Virus record (IMG/VR): IMGVR_UViG_3300047160_009708
Length of the DNA stretch: 64,000 nucleotides
DNA from: an uncultured virus (IMG/VR IMGVR_UViG_3300047160_009708)
Taxonomy: Duplodnaviria; Heunggongvirae; Uroviricota; Caudoviricetes
Reading direction: 5' to 3' (one strand)
The translations under genes and the position numbers were made by a program. Below the pieces are notes generated by a model. It worked only from the letters and a program-made list of their open reading frames with translations, had not been told where the DNA came from and ran no database searches. Of this stretch, positions 57,096 through 64,000 are shown one piece after another (within the stretch, counting starts at the first letter, position 1; every line of letters starts with the position of its first letter).

Positions 57096-58225
57096 CCCAG
57101 TTTCATGAACATGCCATCAATCGCCTTGGCGATCGGTGCGAACTCGCGATCCGACCATTGGCCAGCCGTATAGAGCGGTTGGTGCCTCGCTTGGGTGTCC
57201 CGCCGGTAGTCGTTGACGTTTTTCATAATCGCCTCGTCGTGGGCGCGGGTGCCGACCCACTGCCCGAACGCGCGCGCCCACACTTCCGACTTCCTGGCCA
57301 TGTAGTCAATGTAGCGGTGAATCCACGCGTTGGTCAAAGTCACCGGTCCTCCCACGTCCATACGTGCCTTAGCCTTCATCAGATCCTTATACATGCGCGT
57401 CTTCTCAATCGCCGCGAACACCGGCGCGAAGTAGGGGTCGTGGTCATAGTCGCGATCGGGATGGTGCGGTGCCAGATTGACGCCCGGCACACCCACGCCA
57501 TCAAGCCAGTGACCGGTCTCGTGCGCGATCGCCAGGTAGGTCAGCCTGGAAAACGAATTGATCTCCAGGCTACTGCACGAGCCGTCATCCTTGAAGTAGG
57601 TGACCCCCTCATCGCCGGGCTGGCCCAGGAATTCCTTGACCTGGATCGGCGCCAGCTTGCCGTCCGACATAATGCTATCAATGGATTTATATGTCTTCTC
57701 GAACGCGGCGCGCTTGTCCTCCACGCTTTGGTCATACTTCACCATCGAGGACACCTTGGTCCCCTCGCCCGGCTGCACATGCACGTCCGCGACCGGACGC
57801 GCCACGCGCGGTCGGCGCGGCGGCTTGGGCGCTTCGGTCGGCGTCGGCGTCTCGGCTGGCTTGGCCGGTGTGGGCTCGGGCGCCGCTGCGGGTTTGGGCT
57901 CGACCGGTCGGGGCGCCTCTACGAGCTTGTGGCCGTTGCCCTTATCCGGCACCTTGGCGAACTCGCCCGCGTTCTCAGGCTGGCCCCTCGGGTGCTTCTG
58001 CTCGTCCCACCCCGACCGCGCGTACCGCTCTTTCGCTTGCGCCTTGGGCGGGAACGTTTCGCCCTTCCTGAGATAACGGACGTCGCCACCCTCGAACAGC
58101 GTCATCAACTCACGCACCGCGCGCGCACGCGACCAACCGAATCGCTTCATGATCTCCCGAATGCCCTTTTCGGTCGGCTTCCGGCCCGGTTGTGGCTGCG
58201 CGTACTTCACGGTTTCTTGATCCAC
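57077..58225 (-). CDS. MDQE domain + HPRG peptide + HExxH metallopeptidase-like domain
   Basis: ERYARSGWDEQKHPRGQPENAGEF; AHETGHWLD; EVWARAFGQW; paralogous to the portal C-terminus. Confidence 0.8.
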   Translation of the reverse strand: MDQETVKYAQPQPGRKPTEKGIREIMKRFGWSRARAVRELMTLFEGGDVRYLRKGETFPPKAQAKERYARSGWDEQKHPRGQPENAGEFAKVPDKGNGHKLVEAPRPVEPKPAAAPEPTPAKPAETPTPTEAPKPPRRPRVARPVADVHVQPGEGTKVSSMVKYDQSVEDKRAAFEKTYKSIDSIMSDGKLAPIQVKEFLGQPGDEGVTYFKDDGSCSSLEINSFSRLTYLAIAHETGHWLDGVGVPGVNLAPHHPDRDYDHDPYFAPVFAAIEKTRMYKDLMKAKARMDVGGPVTLTNAWIHRYIDYMARKSEVWARAFGQWVGTRAHDEAIMKNVNDYRRDTQARHQPLYTAGQWSDREFAPIAKAIDGMFMKLGWIKKA

Positions 58226-60924
58226 CCTAACTTCGTGAACATGGCATCAATCGCCTTGCCGATCGGCGCGAAATCCTCGTCCTGCCACTGGTCGGCAAGG
58301 TCGGGATTGCCCGCGCCCGGCTCGGGCTTCCAGGCGCGGTAGACGTTCAGATCCTTCATCATATCACGATCACGGCTGCGTGTCGCCACCCACTGCGCAT
58401 ACGCCCGCGCCCATACCTCGTGCGGCGCCAGCAGATAATCGACAAACCCCCCGAGATCATCCTGGCCGCCGCGCCCCTCCGCTTGCAGGTCGCGCCGCGC
58501 TTGATGAAGCGACTTGTACGCTTGCGACGCCTTCAAGGCCGCGAACACACCCTTAAAGTGTTCGTCGTGGTCGTAGTCGCGATTCTTGCCCATCTCGGTC
58601 CGGCCACCCGGTATGCCCACCGCGTCCAGCCAGTGCCCGCTCTCGTGCGCGACCGTCAACAGGGGATAATCCATTTTCGTGCTGAACATAATGCCGACCA
58701 CGTTGTCGTCGTTGTCGAAAACCGTCGCACCGGCCGCGCTCGTGCCCGGTGGCGCCGAGCCGATCACGATCGGGTACAAGTCACCGTCAGACATCAAGTG
58801 ATCCATAATTTGATATGTCTGCTTCACTTCATCCGAGAATGGGAAGTGGGCGTCCAGATAGTAGCGCACCGCCTTCGAGATCGGCGCGCCCTTGCCGGGC
58901 CGGAACAGCGGCGTGCCCGCGTCGCGGTCGGCCTTGGGCTTGGGCGGCTTCGCAGTCGCCGTCATGGACGTCGCGGTCGGCCGCGATTCCTGAGTGGATG
59001 CGGGCTTCGTCGGCGCCTTGGGCTCGGCCTTCGGCTGGGCGCCCTTGCCGGTCGTGCCGCCCTGCCGGGGCGCGAACTCGCCCGCATTCTCAGGCTGACC
59101 GCGCGGGTGCTTCGTCTTGTCCCAGGTCGTCGCGGCGTACCGCACGCGCTCGTGCCGCTGGCGCTCGACCACGGGTGGCGGCGCGCCTTCGCCCTGCCGC
59201 GCGTAGGTCGGCGGTCGGCTCAGCACGCCACCGGTCGCGTTCGGGCCGGGCGCCGTCCCACGTCGCGGCGCCTGGCCACCGAGCGCCATCCCACCGCCCG
59301 CCGCGCCCGCACCATTGCCACCGCTGGCCGGATAGGCGGCCTCGCCACCTGCCTGCGCGGGCGCGCCCTGGCCGCCCGGCATCATGCCGCCGCCCATCAT
59401 CTGCTGCTGCTGTTGCATCTGCTGCTGCTGCACCGCCGCCATGATCCGCTGCGCCCGCACACCGAGCGCCTCGTCATCCTTCTTGGGCGACTTGAACCCG
59501 CCCAACTTGAGCACGTCCGCCTCGGCCAGCGTGCCGCCCATACCCACAATCAGCTGACCGGCCTGCAACCGCTCCAGCATGTTGGGCGTTTCCAGAATGC
59601 TCTTGAAGCGAATCTGGAACGGGAGTTCATATCCAGATAGGACCTGATCTCCATACCGCCAGTGATTGAGCCGAATCAGCGGACCCAAAAGCTGGTCCGT
59701 GATCGTCTCGTCCAGCGAGGTCGCGTCCGACCGAATGCGAATTGCCTCGACGTTGCCGCTGTACTCAATCGCCGACTCAGTGCGCGCGCCACCGGCACCC
59801 ATCACCATCGATTGCTCGTTGATCCCCAGGATGTCGTACTCAATGATCGAATCGAAGTATTGCACCCACTGGTCGAACACCGGATAAGCGGCGGCTGATG
59901 CCTCGATGTGATGAATGTTCGACTGCGGATCGCCCTGGCCCGGCTGCTTGGGCATCACGCCGACGTTGAAGTCCACGACATCCTTCACCGCCTGAATCAC
60001 CGCCTGGCGGTCGGCCATGTCGCCCGACTGATAGAAACCAATGAGCATACCATTCACACTCAAGCGCTGTAATGCGTTCATCGCCCAGGAGAGAACCTCG
60101 GTGCGAATCCACCACTGGTGATAGACGCGAGACCGCATGCCGATGCCGTAGATCGCGGCGGCCATGTCGGCCTCATACTGGAAATCGGTGTCGCGCGGTT
60201 CGAAGGTGTGGATGACGAACTGGTCGCGGTCGGCGGCGTCGGTGAGAAAGAGCGCCATGCCGCGATCGGCGAGTTGGATAAGCTCCGACTTGCCGAACGG
60301 GCGATAGTCCGGGAACACAAAGATGCCTGGGGTCCCGTCCCACTTCCAGACAATTTTGTCCCCTTGCAGGGGTACATGCTTCTTAACGACAACACGGGAT
60401 ACGCCATTGACCATCTTTCTGGTATAAACGACCTGCACGCCCGCCTTCCCGAAGAAGATCGCTTCCAGCAGCGAGTTGCGCAGGTCGTAGAAGCGCGGCG
60501 TCGCCTTCACCAGCCGCGTCACCTCCTCGGCGACCGCGATCTGGTACGGGTTCTCGGTGTCGTCCGGCTCTAGCTCCCAGTCGAGCGACGCCACCGGCAG
60601 CTTCCGCCGCGTCATCAACTTATCAATGAATGCGTCACGCCGACATGCGAGCGCATCCGTCCAGTTGACACGTGTCGCTTCGTCGAACCACGTCCGGAAC
60701 GTTTCGCTGACCGTGTTGTAGATCGCCGCCCATTGCTTCTCGGGCGAGATCACATAGCGGTCTAATTCCGGGATGCCCTGCTGATGCAGCCGCCGACCGG
60801 ACAGTAGCTCGGGGAGCGCCGAGTCGGGGATCGTGGACGCGACCTGACTGAGTATCTCAGCCACGCCCTCGATGGCGCTCTGGCCCAGGGTCGGTCGATT
60901 TTCAGGCTCGATGTCTTGCGTCAT
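58207..60924 (-). CDS. Portal protein (DUF935/Mu gp29-like) with a fused C-terminal HExxH domain
   Basis: RRKLPVASLDWELEP, LLEAIFFGKAGVQV, YGIGMRS, LDETITDQLLGPLIRLN; Q/G-rich linker; AHESGHWLD. Confidence 0.85.
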   Translation of the reverse strand: MTQDIEPENRPTLGQSAIEGVAEILSQVASTIPDSALPELLSGRRLHQQGIPELDRYVISPEKQWAAIYNTVSETFRTWFDEATRVNWTDALACRRDAFIDKLMTRRKLPVASLDWELEPDDTENPYQIAVAEEVTRLVKATPRFYDLRNSLLEAIFFGKAGVQVVYTRKMVNGVSRVVVKKHVPLQGDKIVWKWDGTPGIFVFPDYRPFGKSELIQLADRGMALFLTDAADRDQFVIHTFEPRDTDFQYEADMAAAIYGIGMRSRVYHQWWIRTEVLSWAMNALQRLSVNGMLIGFYQSGDMADRQAVIQAVKDVVDFNVGVMPKQPGQGDPQSNIHHIEASAAAYPVFDQWVQYFDSIIEYDILGINEQSMVMGAGGARTESAIEYSGNVEAIRIRSDATSLDETITDQLLGPLIRLNHWRYGDQVLSGYELPFQIRFKSILETPNMLERLQAGQLIVGMGGTLAEADVLKLGGFKSPKKDDEALGVRAQRIMAAVQQQQMQQQQQMMGGGMMPGGQGAPAQAGGEAAYPASGGNGAGAAGGGMALGGQAPRRGTAPGPNATGGVLSRPPTYARQGEGAPPPVVERQRHERVRYAATTWDKTKHPRGQPENAGEFAPRQGGTTGKGAQPKAEPKAPTKPASTQESRPTATSMTATAKPPKPKADRDAGTPLFRPGKGAPISKAVRYYLDAHFPFSDEVKQTYQIMDHLMSDGDLYPIVIGSAPPGTSAAGATVFDNDDNVVGIMFSTKMDYPLLTVAHESGHWLDAVGIPGGRTEMGKNRDYDHDEHFKGVFAALKASQAYKSLHQARRDLQAEGRGGQDDLGGFVDYLLAPHEVWARAYAQWVATRSRDRDMMKDLNVYRAWKPEPGAGNPDLADQWQDEDFAPIGKAIDAMFTKLGWIKKP

Positions 60925-60929
60925 CTAGC

Positions 60930-61181
60930 TCAGCCGGTCGGGTTCATCGGGTACGCGCTCGCCGCTTCCTTGGGCTTCGGTTGCACGCCGATCAGGAGCG
61001 ACGCCGGGCCGTAGTCTGCGGGATGCGACCGCACATTGGACGAACCGGCGATCAGGTCGCGCAGCAAGCGCACCTCGTCGCGGCTCATGTTATCGATGCA
61101 CCGCAGCAGCATGCGCGGGGTCAGGATCGCATCCTTGAGCGTGCCGAACTCCTCCGTGCCGGGATCAGTGGTCGCGCTCAT
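60930..61181 (-). CDS. Hypothetical protein
   Basis: 83 aa, ATGA-coupled. Confidence 0.6.
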   Translation of the reverse strand: MSATTDPGTEEFGTLKDAILTPRMLLRCIDNMSRDEVRLLRDLIAGSSNVRSHPADYGPASLLIGVQPKPKEAASAYPMNPTG

Positions 61182-61432
61182 GCGGGTGTCTCCGTGAGTT
61201 TGCGGGCCTTGGGATCAGCCTTGGCCGCGTCCAGCTTGCGCTGCGGCTCCTTGAGGAAACCGAGCACGGGCGCCGGGTCGGGCTCGCCCAGGTCGGCGCG
61301 CAGTTCGACCGTCAGCCTATCGATCTCGAACACCCCGCGCCGCCGCCTGCTGCGATCCGACGGGTTCGCGATCGCGTCCATCATCTCGTCGCGGATCGCG
61401 GTCAGCCGTTCAATGATGTTTTGCGTGTTCAT
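61178..61432 (-). CDS. Hypothetical protein
   Basis: Start MNTQNIIERL after GAGGA. Confidence 0.6.
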   Translation of the reverse strand: MNTQNIIERLTAIRDEMMDAIANPSDRSRRRRGVFEIDRLTVELRADLGEPDPAPVLGFLKEPQRKLDAAKADPKARKLTETPA

Positions 61433-61439
61433 ATTGTCC

Positions 61440-62072
61440 TCACTTGTGGCACTGGCACATGCGCACCACGCGTCGGTAGACCGAATCCTTGCGCACGTCG
61501 CGCGCGTTGCACTCGGTGCGCGCGAACCGGACGGTGCCGCGCGGCGCGCCCGACTCACTGACCGCCTCCTTGACCGCCTCGACGCCCTCTCTGATGCCGT
61601 GATGGAATCCGTGCGCCAACCCGTGGCCGAACGCGGCGACCGGTCCGTGTTCGCTGTGTCCGCCCACGTGGCCGCCGTGGCCGCCGACGTGGGGCAGGCC
61701 GTGGCCCGCCGCGTGCGCGGCCGGATGCATCGCCTTGGCGCCGCCGGGCACCTTGGTCGGGCCGGGGGCTGGGGTCTTGGTGCCGCCGCCCGCGCCCGCC
61801 GCGCGCCATGCCACCGCGCCCGAATCGACGCCGGGTATCGCCTTTGGCTTCCGGGGCGCGCGCGGCTTGGGCTGCTTGCCGGGGTCCATGCCGCCCGGCG
61901 GTCCGGCGATGTAGCGCTCCTTGCACGCCGCCCCTTCGTACTTGGCGTGGCCCGTCTCGCGCGCGTTCGACAGTGCCGCCGCCACCGCTTGCTTTTGCGG
62001 GTGGCCACTGTGGACCATCTCGCTGATGTTGTGTGAAATTGTTTCCTGACTGCTCCCAGGTCGTAACGGCAT
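61440..62072 (-). CDS. Phage head-module protein with a conserved MPL..G.S..TIS.NI.E...[11 protein letters not shown]-terminus and a His/Gly-rich middle
   Basis: The N-terminal motif is recognisable from small phage proteins found near terminase/portal genes. Confidence 0.75.
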   Translation of the reverse strand: MPLRPGSSQETISHNISEMVHSGHPQKQAVAAALSNARETGHAKYEGAACKERYIAGPPGGMDPGKQPKPRAPRKPKAIPGVDSGAVAWRAAGAGGGTKTPAPGPTKVPGGAKAMHPAAHAAGHGLPHVGGHGGHVGGHSEHGPVAAFGHGLAHGFHHGIREGVEAVKEAVSESGAPRGTVRFARTECNARDVRKDSVYRRVVRMCQCHK

Positions 62073-62087
62073 GGTGCCCTCGTGGTG

Positions 62088-62351
62088 TTAGGCGGCTACC
62101 CGGATCTCGGTTGCGAGGTATGTGTCGGGGTCGAGTGCCGAGTACATGATGCACGTGGCTGGGGTCGTGGTCGTATCGACAACCACGCACGGCCCATTGG
62201 CTGATAGATCGTCGTGCAGCGCTTGGTTGGCTGCGGTCAAGTTATCCTGGGCTGCTTGCAAGTCGGCGCCCGCCTGTTGCATCGCGGCCTGCGCCTGGTC
62301 GAATGCCGTCTTGGCGGCGAGCGCCGCGTCGATTAGCTCTTTGCTGGTCAT
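62088..62351 (-). CDS. Small coiled-coil protein
   Basis: Start MTSKELIDAA after AGGAG. Confidence 0.65.
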   Translation of the reverse strand: MTSKELIDAALAAKTAFDQAQAAMQQAGADLQAAQDNLTAANQALHDDLSANGPCVVVDTTTTPATCIMYSALDPDTYLATEIRVAA

Positions 62352-62368
62352 GACTTTGCTCCTGCGCC

Positions 62369-62626
62369 TTAGCTTTCCCATGCTCGGATAACGCCATGCG
62401 CATCCCATAAACAGCAGCACATCCGATAGTTGACATCCATGTTCACTTCACGATGATTGCAGTGGCCGGTCTGGTGCGGTGTACCTCGGAAATAACGGCA
62501 CGAACCGCAGTTTGTCCCAGGTATGCCGCGTGGCAGCGTGATCAGGTCCACGTGCTTGGCGCGATGCAGGGCCTCGGGCACGAGGCCGCCGTTCTTGTCC
62601 TTCTTCTCACCAGCGCGGTCGGCCAT
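62369..62626 (-). CDS. Small Cys-rich protein with HiPIP-like Cys spacing
   Basis: NCGSCRYF...GHC...V....CCCLW. Confidence 0.55.
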   Translation of the reverse strand: MADRAGEKKDKNGGLVPEALHRAKHVDLITLPRGIPGTNCGSCRYFRGTPHQTGHCNHREVNMDVNYRMCCCLWDAHGVIRAWES

Positions 62627-62819
62627 CGTGGTCGTAGCGCTCCGCGTTGTCCACAAGGCATTGGTAGAAGACGCCCGATCCTTGTTCGGGGTTGGCCACG
62701 TAGTAGACGTCGTGCTGTTGAATCGATCCGGCCAGGTAGCCGACCGGCTCGAATAGCTCATCGGTGTTCGCGTCCGGGGACGCGACGGCCTCATGGATGT
62801 CGATCTCTTGATAATTCAT
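62607..62819 (-). CDS. Small acidic hypothetical protein
   Basis: ATGA-coupled to the KTSC gene; GGGAGG RBS. Confidence 0.55.
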   Translation of the reverse strand: MNYQEIDIHEAVASPDANTDELFEPVGYLAGSIQQHDVYYVANPEQGSGVFYQCLVDNAERYDHDGRPRW

Positions 62820-63439
62820 CGCTTGCCTCCCAAGAGCCGTCCCAGCCATTGCATGGCTCCTTGTTCGATCTTACCGAGCGTGGTCTGCGCCGTGGCGGTC
62901 GCTGGGCCGGGCGCGGTCGCATTGGTGGCGCGGGCCGCCGCCATGTCGCGGTCGCGCTGCAAGATGTTCCCCAGTCGGCCAGCGGGCAGCGGGCCGCCGA
63001 ACAGTTGTGGGTGATCGCGGCGGTAGGCCGCGTAGCCGCCGGGATAGGTCGCGGCGGGCGGCTCAGCGAGGAAGATTTTGGCGTCGGGGTTCGGTGGCTT
63101 GCCGCCCGGCCCGGACATTTTGCGGTAATTGATAATGCCCGCGCGACAACGGGGACGGAGCACATACCACACCCATTTGCCTTTGGATGAGGAGTTTTTG
63201 AAGTAATCCCAATCCTCGTTGGAAATGGGGTCATACTCATAAGCGGTGCCATTCTTGAACTCAATGCGCATGAAATGCCACTGCGGGTCGTAGCCGATCG
63301 CCGCCACGTTCGACGACTCGACCGGCATCATGTTGTACGTCGGACGCGTCGAGATATTGACATACGGTGGCGGGTCGATCTTGCCGCGCAGCCGCGCGTA
63401 GCGTTCGGGGATAAAGCAGTCGGACGTGCGCTCTTTCAT
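62816..63439 (-). CDS. KTSC domain protein
   Basis: PVESSNVAAIGYD....MRIEFKNGTAYEY......W..F..SSSKGKW. Confidence 0.88.
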   Translation of the reverse strand: MKERTSDCFIPERYARLRGKIDPPPYVNISTRPTYNMMPVESSNVAAIGYDPQWHFMRIEFKNGTAYEYDPISNEDWDYFKNSSSKGKWVWYVLRPRCRAGIINYRKMSGPGGKPPNPDAKIFLAEPPAATYPGGYAAYRRDHPQLFGGPLPAGRLGNILQRDRDMAAARATNATAPGPATATAQTTLGKIEQGAMQWLGRLLGGKR

Positions 63440-64000
63440 CGGAATCTCCAGCGCGCCGCGCCGTTCTCAGGCTGCCGCTTGCTGAACACCGCAGCGACCG
63501 AATCGACCCCGCGCGCCGCCTGCTGCTCTTCCGTGCGAAAGAACGGGGTCGCGTTGTGGTGCTGGTCGCGGATGGGGTAGGCGTGCGGGATCACGCGCTC
63601 GAACTTCACCTTTTCGGTGGCGATGGGGTAGTAGGCGAGCGCCATGGCGTCGAGGTCATCGGGTGAGCGGCCGAGGCGGGCCTTGATGCCGTGCTTGGGC
63701 TCGGCGACGCGGCGACCGACGGGATCGAGCCGATAGGTGATGCCGATGGCCTGCCGTCTAAGCTCCTGCTGCTGTTCGGTCGGGATCGGCGCGAGACAAA
63801 GCCGACCCATCGCCATCCGTTCCGCGAGCGCAAATAAGAGTTCGGATCGGACATTGGGGTACTTGTCCTCTTCGTGGGCCGTCGAGCCCGATCGGATGGG
63901 GATGAACTGGAACGTGACGCCCTGAGTGCGCAGCGGGTCTTGGGAGCGGCGGTCCTCATCGGTCGGCTCGGAGTAGCGTTGGTCGGTGACGCCGCCGCCC
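63436..64000 (-). CDS. Terminase large subunit, C-terminal nuclease domain (5' part lies outside the window)
   Basis: GGVTD...YPNVRSEL...EPK..IKARLGRSPDDLDAMALAY; frame open to the window edge. Confidence 0.85.
   Translation of the reverse strand, partial: GGGVTDQRYSEPTDEDRRSQDPLRTQGVTFQFIPIRSGSTAHEEDKYPNVRSELLFALAERMAMGRLCLAPIPTEQQQELRRQAIGITYRLDPVGRRVAEPKHGIKARLGRSPDDLDAMALAYYPIATEKVKFERVIPHAYPIRDQHHNATPFFRTEEQQAARGVDSVAAVFSKRQPENGAARWRFR

Noticed and set aside
57158..62036. Long plus-strand ORFs (57158-58342, 58420-59640, 60981-62036), and similarly 4471-5706
   Set aside because: These are GC-rich antisense shadows of well-supported minus-strand genes.
1..64000. Prophage boundaries, integrase, lysis cassette, host genes
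   Set aside because: None are recognisable; kdsB and the glycosyltransferases are embedded among phage genes, so lifestyle cannot be determined from this window.

Overview
The window is a continuous 64 kb segment of a GC-rich tailed phage (or prophage), with almost all genes on the minus strand. Right to left it carries: the C-terminus of the large terminase; a KTSC protein; small head-associated genes; a DUF935/Mu-gp29-like portal with a fused HExxH module; a 2469-aa polyvalent protein; protease/scaffold, decoration and major capsid genes; a gp36-like connector; three paralogous Gly/Ala/Pro-rich proteins; a tail tube; a frameshifting tail chaperone; a very short tape-measure-like gene; and tail/adsorption genes, including an Asp-box sialidase-like protein, a glycoside-hydrolase-like protein and a duplicated Cys-rich cassette. 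Further left are a Maf/DUF115-like transferase, a TnpB-only IS200/IS605 element, a 1.25 kb non-coding motif array, a PC4-like SSB, KdsB-like and GT2 genes, an HNH endonuclease, a divergent promoter pair with an RHH regulator, and early genes (ParB-like, Gam/gp157-like, RecT-like, adenine methyltransferase). I saw no integrase, lysis genes, tail sheath, tRNA, rRNA or canonical CRISPR array. Three things stand out. (1) A repeated leader grammar ([YARLAR-like helix]-RY-[HPRGQPxNxGEF or HAPxGG..GGEFI]) precedes each effector domain in the polyprotein, and its RY-peptide part recurs in the portal and a neighbouring gene. This suggests a head-packaged, protease-processed effector arsenal with small overlapping partner genes. 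(2) About 45 co-oriented GCCGCRRCYCC motifs are spaced about 2 or 3 helical turns apart. (3) The CMP-ulosonate synthetase, Maf-like transferase and sialidase-like genes may form a sugar-handling set. Family assignments come from motif recognition by eye, not database searches. A Planctomycetota-like host is only an inference.
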